Below are positions 1-10,400 of a stretch of DNA of 64,000 nucleotides, in pieces. The DNA is from Bacteroidales bacterium (GTDB lineage Bacteria > Bacteroidota > Bacteroidia > Bacteroidales > UBA932). How positions within the stretch are numbered: position 1 is the first letter of the stretch; each line of letters opens with the position of its first letter. The notes under the pieces are model-generated. The model had not been told where the DNA came from. It did no database searches and saw only the letters and a list, made by a program, of their open reading frames with translations. Both the position numbers and the translations under genes were made by a program. The stretch covers positions 6,991 to 70,990 of the forward strand of contig JAGCDF010000052.1 in the NCBI GenBank assembly GCA_017651225.1, read 5' to 3'.

Positions 1-975
1 AAGGGCAGCGACGGTGCGTGGTACATCCGGATCGTGGAGAACGCGGCCGGCGGTTACGAGGGCCCGAACGGTTACTGCTACAGCGACGGGACGCGGGTCC
101 AGAACAAACACCGGAAATCATCCCGCTACTTCAAGGTGGAGCCCATCAAGTGGCGCGTCCTGACCAACAATTACAACGGCTCCGGCAAGAAGCTCCTGCT
201 CGCCGAGGTCGCCCTGACCAACGAGCAGTTCTGCGACACCTGGGGCGATGCCGCCCGGTTCCGGGAGGAGGACGGCAAGCGGTATTCCTTCACCCTGGAC
301 GTGACGCTCCGCCAGTTGGAGAACGGCGAGTACATCCATCACAACAATTACGAACACAGCCGCCTGCGCGCCTTCCTGAACGGCATCGCCTACATCCAGG
401 GAGACGAAAACATCTATGTCCGGGGGCTGGCTCCCTATACGCGAATCGACGAGGAATTCGTCGACCGCGGTTTCCTGCAGACGGCCTTCACGCCCGCGAT
501 GCAGGAGAAGATCGCCGTCACCAATGTGGAGAACAGCAGCCGGCAGAACTCCGGGCTCGACCTGATTCAGGTCCTGACCGCCCAGGACCGCAGCCTCTAC
601 GACGGGAACATGAAATACCCGAAATTCACGGGCAACAACACGAAGGACAAGGTGTTCATCCTGAATCTCAAGGAAGTGTCGCGGGCGGACTATGGTTTCG
701 ACAGGATGCCGCCCGGATTGACGAATGAGCCCTCCTACAGGGGCCTGGCCCACCCGATGACGGATTTCGCGCGCGGGCACGGCGTCGCCCATTTTTCCGA
801 TGATGTCGTGACGACCTGGTGGCTGCGCACGCCCGTGCTTCCCATCTATTTCCACCGGGTGATCGAGGAGCGTGAGGACCAGGAAGTGGGCGCCGTGACC
901 AACCTTTCCACGCTGGGCCTCGGGATGGTGGGTGATGCCAGTGTGGGCGTCGTCCCGGCCATCTGCGTCAACTAA
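1..975 (+). CDS. Hypothetical protein, 5'-truncated by the window edge; DUF6273-like C-terminal domain
   Basis: Frame is open from base 1 to TAA at 973-975. Motifs EPIKWRVL, DKVFILNLKE, WWLRTP and terminal GVVPAI resemble DUF6273-type proteins. Confidence 0.65.
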   Translation, partial: KGSDGAWYIRIVENAAGGYEGPNGYCYSDGTRVQNKHRKSSRYFKVEPIKWRVLTNNYNGSGKKLLLAEVALTNEQFCDTWGDAARFREEDGKRYSFTLDVTLRQLENGEYIHHNNYEHSRLRAFLNGIAYIQGDENIYVRGLAPYTRIDEEFVDRGFLQTAFTPAMQEKIAVTNVENSSRQNSGLDLIQVLTAQDRSLYDGNMKYPKFTGNNTKDKVFILNLKEVSRADYGFDRMPPGLTNEPSYRGLAHPMTDFARGHGVAHFSDDVVTTWWLRTPVLPIYFHRVIEEREDQEVGAVTNLSTLGLGMVGDASVGVVPAICVN

Positions 976-1015
976 CTCCCCTTGTGGTACACTCTTTGAT
1001 TTTACGGGTCCGCGT

Positions 1016-1657
1016 ATGCTGAGACCTATCCTTTTTATTCTCCTGCTGCTGGCTGCCGGGGTGCTTGCCCTGCGGGCGCAGGACTATCCCGCGACCCCGA
1101 TTGACGGGCCGGCCGTGATGGCCGATTCGCTCCGGCAGAAGCCGGAATTCTCCCCGCTGATGGGCTACTCCATTTACGCCCGCATCCGGATGCAGGGCGT
1201 GCTCGCGCCCATCGGCTTCGAGAGCCGGGAGGAGCGTGCGGCGCGCATCAACGCGGCCACGAGCGCGAGCGTCCTTCGCTCTGTAAACATGAACCTGAAT
1301 CTGTACCGGCCGCCGCACTATTCCCGCGAGGAGATCCTGGCGCTGAAGATCCTGCGGCTGTTCCTCTCGAACCCGTTCGGCTTCCCGGAAGGTACGGTGC
1401 CGATGATGAGTACCTCCAACCCCTTCGTCTATGCCAAGACGCCCGGCTGGGCGCCGTATGAGAATCCCTATTCCCCGGACAAGATTCCGCAGACCGTGCG
1501 GACGGAGTATGACTTTGCCACGGGCACCTACAAGCTGGTTCCGCGTCCCTGGAGCGAGGTCCAGATGGACCTCTCCCGCAGCACTTCTGCTCCCTTCAAC
1601 AACGCGCCCCTCCCGCGGTTTTACACGAACGCTACCGAGCGCCGTATCATGCAATAA
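1016..1657 (+). CDS. Hypothetical secreted protein, Pro-rich
   Basis: ATG at 1016 begins a signal peptide (MLRPILFILLLLAAGVLALRAQ); host-like codon usage; no family recognised. Confidence 0.75.
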   Translation: MLRPILFILLLLAAGVLALRAQDYPATPIDGPAVMADSLRQKPEFSPLMGYSIYARIRMQGVLAPIGFESREERAARINAATSASVLRSVNMNLNLYRPPHYSREEILALKILRLFLSNPFGFPEGTVPMMSTSNPFVYAKTPGWAPYENPYSPDKIPQTVRTEYDFATGTYKLVPRPWSEVQMDLSRSTSAPFNNAPLPRFYTNATERRIMQ

Positions 1658-1690
1658 AAAAAGCCTTACAGAATGCTCTGTAAGGCCTTT
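1656..1690 (-). terminator. Intrinsic terminator downstream of tRNA-Ser, possibly bidirectional
   Basis: Stem gccttacaga/tctgtaaggc (1663-1686) flanked by an A run, which is a U tract on the minus strand. Confidence 0.75.
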
Positions 1691-1693
1691 CAG

Positions 1694-1780
1694 CGGAGAG
1701 GACGAGATTCGAACTCGTGATACGGTTACCCGTATGCAGGTTTAGCAAACCTGTGGATTCAGCCACTCTCCCACCTCTCC
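1694..1780 (-). tRNA. tRNA-Ser(GCT)
   Basis: Minus strand shows acceptor stem GGAGAGG/CCTCTCC with discriminator G, anticodon arm CAGGT-TTGCTAA-ACCTG, a long variable arm and T-loop GTTCGAATC. CCA is not encoded. Confidence 0.97.
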
Positions 1781-1826
1781 AATCGTCCCTTCGGTTTCCA
1801 AACTGGATCTCCGTGTTTCGGGACGA

Positions 1827-1834
1827 CAAAGTTA
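1827..1834 (-). promoter_or_regulatory. Bacteroidota -7 promoter element for tRNA-Ser
   Basis: TAACTTTG on the minus strand, about 46 nt upstream of the tRNA 5' end. Confidence 0.65.
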
Positions 1835-1859
1835 CAACAAATAATTAGTTTTCCAACAA

Positions 1860-2996
1860 TTATTTTTTCGCTCCGAGGAGCTGGAGAATCTTGTTGGCGA
1901 CATCGCTGTTTTCCTGCACGCCGGCGAAGTCCCGGGAGTGCGGGCCGTAGGCGAAGAGCGGCACCATATTCGGGGTGTGGCTGCCGGAGGTGAAGGTGAC
2001 GCGCACGAAGCCCGTCTCCGGGTCGCCGCCGTTGAGCAGGGTAGCGCCGGTCTCGTGGTCGGCGCTGATGATCACCAGCGTGTGGCCGTCTTTCTCCGCG
2101 AAGCGGACGGCGGCTTCGACGGCCTTGTCGAAGTCAAGCATCTCAGCGAGGGTCTCGGGGAGGTCGTTGCTGTGTTCGCGCTTGTCGATGCGGGCACCCT
2201 CGATCATCAGGAAAAAGCCCTTCTTGCCGCGCTGGGAGAGGTAATTGATGGCCATCTCCGTGGTAGCAGGGAGGTAGTCGCCCCGGTCGAGGTTGACACT
2301 TTCCGGCAGGTAGAGCAGGCGCTCGGAGCCGGCCACGGCGGGATCCTTCGGGTCATAGACCACGGTGAAGGTCTTCCGGATGGCGTCCTGGGTGGCCAGG
2401 GGCATGCTCTCGAAGGTGGACTGCGTGCCGGCGGAGGCGAATTTCAGCACGCTGGCGGGAAGGTCGGCCCAGATGGCCTCCTTCTCGCCGCGGGCGGCTT
2501 GATGGGCGTAGAAAACGGCCGGCGTGGCGCCGTTGAGGTCGTCGGTGGAGAGGACGCCGCAGGCATAGCCCAGCGGGGTCAGGTACTCGGGAATGTTGGT
2601 GATGGGCTCGCGTTCGGTGTTCATGCCGACGAAGCCGTTGTTGGTCTTCTGCCCGGTGGCGTAGGCTGTGCCGGAGGCGGCGGAGTCCGTGGTGAAGTTG
2701 TCGGCGGACTGCGTGCGCACGAGGCCGAAGGTCCGGAGGTTGGTCATCGTGAGGGCGCCACCGTTGGCGTACATGGCGGCGTTGACGGCGCCGTGGCCCA
2801 TGCCGTCGCCGATGAGCAGGATGACGTTGCGGACCTTGGCGTTGGAGCCGTCCACCTTAAATGACGGCGTGTAGGTGCTCTGCAGCTCGGCGTAGGATTC
2901 GGCAAGCGCGGCGGTGATTTCGCGGTTCGCTTCCTGTGCGAAAAGGGTCAGGGAGGCGCACAGCGCCGCGAGGATGGGGATCAAATACTTTTTCAT
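1860..2996 (-). CDS. phoA: Alkaline phosphatase (PhoA family), secreted
   Basis: Signal peptide; IGDGMG, TDSAASGTA (catalytic Ser), EGARID and SADHETG motifs. Confidence 0.9.
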   Translation of the reverse strand: MKKYLIPILAALCASLTLFAQEANREITAALAESYAELQSTYTPSFKVDGSNAKVRNVILLIGDGMGHGAVNAAMYANGGALTMTNLRTFGLVRTQSADNFTTDSAASGTAYATGQKTNNGFVGMNTEREPITNIPEYLTPLGYACGVLSTDDLNGATPAVFYAHQAARGEKEAIWADLPASVLKFASAGTQSTFESMPLATQDAIRKTFTVVYDPKDPAVAGSERLLYLPESVNLDRGDYLPATTEMAINYLSQRGKKGFFLMIEGARIDKREHSNDLPETLAEMLDFDKAVEAAVRFAEKDGHTLVIISADHETGATLLNGGDPETGFVRVTFTSGSHTPNMVPLFAYGPHSRDFAGVQENSDVANKILQLLGAKK

Positions 2997-3008
2997 GCTA
3001 TAATTGGT

Positions 3009-5579
3009 TTATTCGTATATCCAGATTTCGTCGATGAAGATGAAGCCCGGGCTTTCGGCGCCGGGGTGCCAGGCGGGAATGGTGCCGATGTTCTTGGCGA
3101 ACACCTTCAAATAACGTGCGCGGGCGCTGACGCTCGCTTCGCAGTTCCAAATGCGCACCTCGTAGTCGCGCTCGTCCATCGTATTCTCCACGCGCGCGAG
3201 CGGCGTGAAATGTTCCCCGTCCTCCGAGACGGAGAATTCCACCCAGCGGGGCATCCAGATCCAGGAGCGGGCGTCCTGGCAGAAGCCCGCGCCGACGCGC
3301 GAAATGTCGCGCGCTTCGCGCAGGTCCACTATTGCCTCGAAGTCGGTGCCCACATAGCCCTGCCAACCGCCGGTGCGCCAGTTCAGGCCGCCCCGGAAGC
3401 CGTCGATCAGGCCCTCGTCGCCGCCGGCGGTGTACTGGCGGCTGTAGCGGGCGCGGATGTCGATGTCGCGGTCGCGCTGGATCTGGTGCACGGCGCAGCG
3501 GGTGGTGAAGCTGCGGCGCTCCCCAATCTGCGCGTAGGCCTCCATGCGGCAGGGTTCGTAGACGGTGAACGGCCCCTCGTAGGGCTGGAAGGCGCCTTCC
3601 CCGATGCGGTACCAGATCCGGCCATCGCCGGAGATGGCGACGCGCAGCGAGTCGGCGAAGATGTCGTTGTCGAGCTCGAAGGCGGGGTTGGTGACGATTG
3701 TCTTGGGGATGCGGGTCAGAGATCCTTCGCTTTGCTCAGGATGACAGAGGCCCGGACAGATGGGATAGCGGTCGAGGGCGCTGAGGACGTACCAGGCGGA
3801 CATCTGGCCGCAGTCGTCGTTGCCGCAGAGGCCGTCCGGGGCGGCGGAGTAGAGCGTCTCGAGGATCTGCTCCACGCGCGCCTGCCGCTTGTCGGGCCGG
3901 CCGGCGAAGTCATAGAGATAAGCCACGTGGTGGCTGGGCTCGTTGCCCTGGGCGTACTGCCCGATGCAACCGGTGATGTCGGCCTGCGTGCGGCCGGTAT
4001 TGCCCTCCTCGGCGCCGAACATCGCATCCAGGCGCTGCTCCAGCGCGTCCGCGCCGCCCAGCGCCTCGATGAGCCCGCCGAGGTCCTGCGGCACGAAGAG
4101 GCTGTACTGCCAGGAATTGGCTTCCGTGTAGTGGTTGTTGACCTCGCGCGGGTCGAAGGGGCTGACCCAGCGACCGTTGAGGCGGGCGCGCATGAAACCC
4201 GTCGTGGGGTCGAAAACGTTGCGCCAGTACTGCGCCGAGGTCATGTATTCGTCGTAAACGTCCATGCGCCCGAGGTACTTCGCCACCTGGGCGGTGCACC
4301 AGTCATCGTAGGCGTATTCGAGGGTCTTGGACACGCTCTCGTGCTCGTCGTCGGCCAGCACGAGGCCGTTGGCGCGGAAGCTGTCCAGGCCGAATTCCGG
4401 CCGCGTCGAGCTGGCCAGCAGGGCCTCGAGCGCCTTCTCGACGTCGAAGTCGGTGAAGCCGCGCGCGAGGGCGTCGGCGATCACGGGCGCGGCGTTGTAG
4501 CCGATCATGCAGTTGGTCTCATAGCCCCAGAGCTCCCAGACGGGCAGCTTGCCGGCCTCGTCGCAGATGGACAGGAAGGTCTTCAAAAAATCGTAGCTTC
4601 GCTCCGGCTCCAGCTCCCAAAGGAGCGGGTGCTCCCCGCGGAAGGTGTCCCAAAGCGAGAGCACGGTGTAGCGCTCCCAGCCCTCGGCGCGGTGGACCTG
4701 GCGGTCCATGCCGCGGTACTCGCCGTTGGCGTCGGAGTAGAGCGAGGGGTGGATGCCCGTGTGGTAGAGGGCGGTGTAGAAGCGGCGCAGGTGCTCCTCG
4801 TCCGTCCAGGGGCAGTCCAGTTTGCCCAGATACTGCTCCCAGGCGGCTTCGGTGGCCGCCCGCTGGGCGTCAAAGCTTTCCGGATACTCCGCGAGGAGGT
4901 TCTGCCGGGCGTTCTCCTCCGACACGGAGGAAATGGCCACGCGCACGGTCACGGTCCGCGTCTTGCGCGGGAAGGTGAACACGGCGCGGCGGCCGCCGTC
5001 AAGTAGCTTGCACTTCGCGGGCGCGGAGAACTCCATCCAAAAATAGACGTCCTGCCCGCGCGCCCAGCTGCTGGACTGCCGCCAGCCGCTGCACCCCGCT
5101 TTGGCGGGCGTGACGCGCCAGCCGTCCAGCGGGTCGCGGTGCTGCAGGTCGAGGGTGATTTCCGGCCGGGTGCCGGTCGGGAAGGTGTATTCATGCACCC
5201 CGACCCGCCGGCCGGCCGTCAGGCGCGCCAGCACCTGCGGGCCGTCCAGGAAGACCTCGTAGTAGCCGGGCGAGGCCTTCTCCCGCTCATGCGAGAAGGT
5301 CGAAGGCTCGCGCCCCGGCATCAGCAGGACGTCGCAGAGGTCGTCGCAGCCGGTGCCGCTCAGGTGCGTGTGGGAGAAGCCGCAGATGACGCTGTCGCTA
5401 TAATGGTAGCCGCTGCAGCCGTCCCAGTCGCCCGCCTGCGGGCGGGTATCCGGGCTGAGCTGCACCATCCCGAAGGGCGCGACGGCGCCGGGGTAGGTGT
5501 GGCCGTGCGCGTCCGTGCCCACGAAGGGGTTGACGTGCTGCAGAACAGAGAGCAGGATGGCGAGGAGTATGTGGTTCAT
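3009..5579 (-). CDS. GH92 alpha-1,2-mannosidase family protein with C-terminal F5/8-type (discoidin-like) domain
   Basis: VNPFVGT, PFGMVQLSPDT, SHTHLSGTG, SLWDTFR, QGNEPSHH and GNDDCGQMSAW motifs. Start set at ATG 5579; the longer ORF-track extension overlaps the next gene. Confidence 0.93.
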   Translation of the reverse strand: MNHILLAILLSVLQHVNPFVGTDAHGHTYPGAVAPFGMVQLSPDTRPQAGDWDGCSGYHYSDSVICGFSHTHLSGTGCDDLCDVLLMPGREPSTFSHEREKASPGYYEVFLDGPQVLARLTAGRRVGVHEYTFPTGTRPEITLDLQHRDPLDGWRVTPAKAGCSGWRQSSSWARGQDVYFWMEFSAPAKCKLLDGGRRAVFTFPRKTRTVTVRVAISSVSEENARQNLLAEYPESFDAQRAATEAAWEQYLGKLDCPWTDEEHLRRFYTALYHTGIHPSLYSDANGEYRGMDRQVHRAEGWERYTVLSLWDTFRGEHPLLWELEPERSYDFLKTFLSICDEAGKLPVWELWGYETNCMIGYNAAPVIADALARGFTDFDVEKALEALLASSTRPEFGLDSFRANGLVLADDEHESVSKTLEYAYDDWCTAQVAKYLGRMDVYDEYMTSAQYWRNVFDPTTGFMRARLNGRWVSPFDPREVNNHYTEANSWQYSLFVPQDLGGLIEALGGADALEQRLDAMFGAEEGNTGRTQADITGCIGQYAQGNEPSHHVAYLYDFAGRPDKRQARVEQILETLYSAAPDGLCGNDDCGQMSAWYVLSALDRYPICPGLCHPEQSEGSLTRIPKTIVTNPAFELDNDIFADSLRVAISGDGRIWYRIGEGAFQPYEGPFTVYEPCRMEAYAQIGERRSFTTRCAVHQIQRDRDIDIRARYSRQYTAGGDEGLIDGFRGGLNWRTGGWQGYVGTDFEAIVDLREARDISRVGAGFCQDARSWIWMPRWVEFSVSEDGEHFTPLARVENTMDERDYEVRIWNCEASVSARARYLKVFAKNIGTIPAWHPGAESPGFIFIDEIWIYE
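3720..3746 (-). repeat. 27-bp REP-like palindromic element inside the GH92 coding frame
   Basis: Minus strand TGTCATCCTGAGCAAAGCGAAGGATCT; 25/27 identical to 29578-29604; internal inverted repeat ATCCT/AGGAT; translated as CHPEQSEGS. Confidence 0.8.
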
Positions 5580-5586
5580 GTCTGCA

Positions 5587-5631
5587 CAAATATAACGAAA
5601 AAGGGCGAATCGTAAAAAATGCTTACCTTTG
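5587..5631. promoter_or_regulatory. Divergent -7 promoter elements for GH92 (minus) and the SusR-like regulator (plus)
   Basis: TATATTTG on the minus strand at 5587-5594; TACCTTTG on the plus strand at 5624-5631. Confidence 0.7.
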
Positions 5632-5659
5632 CTTGGACTGAACGACCAATTGATAACCG

Positions 5660-7273
5660 ATGCGTTCCCTTTTCTGGATTCCCGTGACTTTGCTGCTGGC
5701 TTTTTCCTGCCGGGAGCAGCGTGTGCAGTATCCCAAGCTGGACGAGCTGGACGGCTACATCGCCGCCCGTCCGGTCTATGAGACCCGCAAGAAGGACCAG
5801 CTGGAGGGCATCTGGAAACTGGCCGCCGGCACGCAGAGCGCCCGCCGCCTGTGCGATTACTCCATGTATGCGGCGGAAGAGTATTTTTCATATAATTTCG
5901 ACTCCACGCAGGTCTGCCTGAAGAAGAGTCTTGAGCTGGCGGAGCAGATCCGGGATACGGACCGCTACAACCGCGCCGCCATCATGCTGGGTCACCTGTA
6001 CGCCAAGTCCGGTCACTACATGGAAGCCTACAACCGCCTGATGGGGCAGATCGATACCAGCACGCTCTCTGAGGCGCTCAAGGTCGACTACCTGTTGGCA
6101 CTCTACGACTTCAGCCGGGACCTTGCCGGCAATTCCGGCATGGTGGAGCGCCCTCCGCTTGCCGAGCAGGAAGTGTATCGGACGCGGCTCTATGCATTGC
6201 TGCCAAAGGATTCGGAGCGCTGGCGCCAGTTGAAAATGGACGAGCTTGCCTCGGCCGGCCGGCTCGCCGAGGCCGACAGTGTGGGACACCTGCTGATTGC
6301 CGGTACGCAGCCGCAGGAGCACCAGTACGCAATCTATGCGTATGAACTCTCGGAGATTGCAGAGCGCATGGGCCGCCAGGAGGAACGGATGGACTGGCTG
6401 ATCAAATCGGCCGAATGCGACATCCTGAACGCCGTCAAGGACTACGCCTCGCTGACGCTCATTTCGCAGATTATCATCCACGACGACGTCGAACGTTCGT
6501 TCCGTTACCTGCGGGTGGCGCAGGAGGATGCGATTTTTTATAATGCCAAGTTGCGCCCGTGGCAGATTTCACAGTTCTTCATGGGCATCGAGGATTCCTA
6601 TTCCGCCCGGCAGGCGCGCCTGCACCGCGCGGCGAAGATTTCGTCCATCCTGCTGGCCGCGCTGACCTTCCTGCTGCTGATCCTGGCGTGGTTCCTGGTG
6701 GCACGTTCGCGCAAGCTCACGCTGCTGAGCCGCGAGTTGGAGGACCGCAACCTGCAGCTGGCCGACGCCAACGGCTCGCTGGGCAGTCTGAACAAGGAAC
6801 TCTCTCGCGCCGACCGCGTCAAGGAGCGCTACATCGTGGACTTCCTGCGCCGCTTCTCGGAGAATGTGAGCTTCGTGCAGGCCGAGGACAGCCGCGCGCG
6901 CAATATGCTCAAGCAGGGCAAGGCGGAGCAGCTGCTGCGCGAGCTTTCCCTCTCCACGCGCACGGAGAAGAGCCTCAAGGAGTTCTACCACACCTTCGAT
7001 TCCACCTTCCTGCAGGCCATCTGCCCGGACTTCGTGGACCGCTTCAACGAGCTGCTGCGCGAGGACGCGCGCTTCTCGCCCAAGCCCGGTTCGCTGAATA
7101 CGGAGCTGCGCATCTTCGCCCTGATCCGCCTGGGCGTGGACGATTCGCGCGAGATTGCCGAGCTGCTTCACTACTCCCCGAGCACCATCTACAACTACAA
7201 GGTCTCCGTCAAAAATGCGGCGCTGGGAGACCGCGACCGTTTCGAGGAGGAGGTCAAAAAGATCGGAAAGTAG
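5660..7273 (+). CDS. SusR-like / DUF6377 membrane-anchored transcriptional regulator
   Basis: N-terminal export signal, TPR-like helical sensor, one TM helix, coiled coil, C-terminal LNTELRIFALIRLGV...IAELLHYSPSTIYNY HTH; lies directly upstream of susC. Confidence 0.9.
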   Translation: MRSLFWIPVTLLLAFSCREQRVQYPKLDELDGYIAARPVYETRKKDQLEGIWKLAAGTQSARRLCDYSMYAAEEYFSYNFDSTQVCLKKSLELAEQIRDTDRYNRAAIMLGHLYAKSGHYMEAYNRLMGQIDTSTLSEALKVDYLLALYDFSRDLAGNSGMVERPPLAEQEVYRTRLYALLPKDSERWRQLKMDELASAGRLAEADSVGHLLIAGTQPQEHQYAIYAYELSEIAERMGRQEERMDWLIKSAECDILNAVKDYASLTLISQIIIHDDVERSFRYLRVAQEDAIFYNAKLRPWQISQFFMGIEDSYSARQARLHRAAKISSILLAALTFLLLILAWFLVARSRKLTLLSRELEDRNLQLADANGSLGSLNKELSRADRVKERYIVDFLRRFSENVSFVQAEDSRARNMLKQGKAEQLLRELSLSTRTEKSLKEFYHTFDSTFLQAICPDFVDRFNELLREDARFSPKPGSLNTELRIFALIRLGVDDSREIAELLHYSPSTIYNYKVSVKNAALGDRDRFEEEVKKIGK

Positions 7274-7293
7274 TGATTTGCAAACTCATTTGT

Positions 7294-7413
7294 CGCTACT
7301 AATATCATTCTTCGTGAAAATATCAAAGCGCTGATTCACAGCGCTTTATCTTTTCAAATCCGCTACTATTTCATTCTTGCCGGCTGAAGGGATATGGGAA
7401 GCCAATATCTTTG
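7294..7413 (+). promoter_or_regulatory. PUL1 promoter with putative SusR-like operator
   Basis: Direct repeat cgctacta-a/t-t-(a)-tcattctt at 7294-7312 and 7361-7378 (67-bp spacing) flanking the palindrome aaagcgctg-attca-cagcgcttt (7325-7347); TATCTTTG at 7406-7413. Confidence 0.65.
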
Positions 7414-7488
7414 CCGTTGGACTTCGGTCCGGCGACAATTTTTTTGTTTCCCATATAATTAACCAACGCAACAACTTTAGCAAAGCGT

Positions 7489-10400
7489 ATGAAAAAAATC
7501 CTTTCCTTGATCCTCTCAGCAGGATTATGCCTGGCGGCAATGGCCCAGGGCGTGCCCGTGTCGGGTGTCGTCGTGGACTCTGCCGGCCAGCCGATTGTCG
7601 GCGCTTTTGTGGTTGAGCGGGGTACGACCAACGGCACTACGACCGGCCTGGACGGAGATTTCTCCATCCGCGCCACGGAAGGTGCCACCTTGGAGGTCTC
7701 CTGCATCGGCTACGAGAGCCAGAATGTCACTGCCACCGGTGCCCGCGCACTGCGCGTCGTCCTGAAGGATGATGCCGAAATGCTCGAAGAGACCGTGGTC
7801 ATCGGCTACGGCGTCCAGAAGAAGAGTGTCGTGACGGCCTCCATCTCCAAGGTGGACGGCGACGCGCTCAACACGGTCCGTGCCTCGACCATCAACGACG
7901 CCCTCAAAGGCAAGGTCTCCGGTGTGCAGATCACGCAGGCATCCGGCCAGCCGGGCTCCGGCTCCCAGATCAAGATCCGCGGTATCGGCTCCGTCAACAA
8001 CTCCGATCCGCTCTATATCGTGGACGGTATGCCGGTCGACGGAGGTATCGATTACCTCAACCCGACCGACATTGCTTCTGTCGAAATCCTCAAGGATGCT
8101 GCTTCCGCGGCCATTTACGGCGCCCGCGCCGCCAACGGCGTGGTCCTCGTGACCACCCGCAGCGGCAAGAAAGGCCAGGCTTCCGTGACCTACAGCGGCA
8201 GCTTTGGCTGGCAGAATCCCTGGCGCAAGAAAGAGGTCCTGAACGCCACCGAGTACATGGTGATCATGAACGAGGCCCGCATCAACGACGGCGGCACCCC
8301 GCTCTACTCTGCCGCGGAAATCGCTGCGGCCGGAACGGGCACCGACTGGCAGGACCAGACCTTCTACTACAATGCTCCGATCACGCAGCACCAGCTGTCC
8401 GTGAGCGGCGGCACCGACAAGGCCCTCTACTTCGTGTCCGTGGGCTACTTCAACCAGGCCGGTATCGTGGGCGGCAACTACGGCAAATCCAACTATGACC
8501 GCCTCACGCTCCGTTCCAACAACACCTACGTTCCCTTCGAGACGGAGAGCCGCAACTTCCTGAACAAGCTCACCCTCACGGCGAACATCGCCTACTCGAA
8601 CATCAATTCGACGGGCATCACCACCAACTCCGAGTTCGGTTCCATCCTGGGTTCCGCCGTGGCGTTCAACCCGGCCATCCCGGTGTTTGCCTCCGAGGCG
8701 GAGGCTGCCGCGATCCTGGCTGCCCACCCGACGGCCATCGTGGCCGCTGACGGCCGCGTGTACTCCCTGCCTCCGACCGGCTATCAGGAGCTCACCAACC
8801 CGGTGGCCAACCTGGACACGCCGTCCAACACGCTCTACAAGACCCACAAGTTCGTGGCCAACTTCAGTGCCGAGCTGGACATCCTCCCCGGCCTGAAATT
8901 CAAGAGCAGCTTCGGCGCGGATCTCGCCTTCTGGCGCAACCGCGGCTATGGTTTCGAGCAGTACAAGAGCTCGATGAACCAGACCCTCACCAGCTGGGTG
9001 AACATGGGCATGAACGAAGGCCTGCGCTGGCAGGTGGAGAACTATTTCTCCTACAGCAAGCAGCTGGGCAAGCACTACATCGCCGCCGTCCTCGGCCAGT
9101 CCGCGATGAGCTATTCCTACACCTATGTGTCCGGTACGGACTACCAGCTGAAAGAGAGCAACCCCGCCATGGCCTACATCGACTCCGCGATCGGCTCCAC
9201 CGATGACGAGCGTACCAGCGGCGGCACCGGCGGCTACGACGTGCAGCGCCTGGCTTCCTACTTCTTCCGTTTCGACTACAACTTCGATGAGCGCTACATG
9301 GTCGAATTCACGATCCGTCGCGACGGTTCCTCCCGCTTCGGCCCCGGCCACAAGTGGGCGACCTTCCCGGCCGCTTCCCTGGGTTGGAACATTTCCAACG
9401 AGCCCTGGTTCAAGAACAACCGTCCGGGTTGGATTGACCAGCTCAAGCTCCGCGCCAGCTGGGGTAAGAACGGCAACGAGAACATCGGTAACTTCCGCTA
9501 CGCGTCCCTGATGGACACGGGCCAGGAGTACTACTTCGGCAACGAAGGCACCTACGGTACGATGCAGCCGGGTTCTTCTCCCGCTGCGCTCGCCAACCCG
9601 ACCATCCGTTGGGAGGAGTCCGAGCAGATTGACCTCGGTTTCGACGCCCGTCTCTTCAACGACCGGCTGACCTTCGGCTTCGACTACTACAACAAGAAGA
9701 CGAACGGCATGCTCATGGACAAGCCGATTCCTTCCTATGTGGGCCAGGGCGCTCCGATGTCCAACCTGGGCGACATGCGCAACTGGGGTTATGAATTCGA
9801 GATCGGCTGGCAGCAGCAGGTCGGCGACTTCCACTATGCCATCAATGCGAACGCCTCCCTGCTCCGCAACCGCCTGATCAACCTGGGCAACGAGTCCGGC
9901 GAGGCCGTTTACCAGAGCAACGGCGCCTCCGGCGTGGGTGACTACGTCAAGGGTTCCAACGGCGAGGTCTGGCCGTACTTCTACGGCATGAAGACCGGCG
10001 GCATCTTCCAGAACTGGGCTGAAGTCCAGGCCTACAAGGACAAGGACGGCAACCTGATGCAGCCCAGCGCCCAGCCCGGCGACGTGAAGTTCCTGGACGT
10101 CAACGGCGACGGTTATGTCAACGACAACGACCGCACCAAGATCGGCAAGGGTATGCCGGACTGGACCTATGGTATCACCTTCTCCGCTGACTGGAAGGGC
10201 ATCGACCTGAATCTCTTCTTCCAGGGCAGCATCGGCAACCAGGTGTTCGACTACTCGATGCGCGGCGACATCCCTGCGATGAACCGCCCGGCCTGGATCC
10301 TCGACCGCTGGATCGGCGAAGGCACCTCCACCCGCATCCCGCGCCTGACCAACGCCAACCCGAACCAGAACTGGCGCTCCTCCGACCTCTGGGTCAAGGA

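Noticed and set aside
1694-1780. tRNA-Ser as a prophage or island integration site
   Set aside because: No integrase or duplicated tRNA 3' end was seen in the window, although only 1.7 kb downstream of the tRNA is visible.
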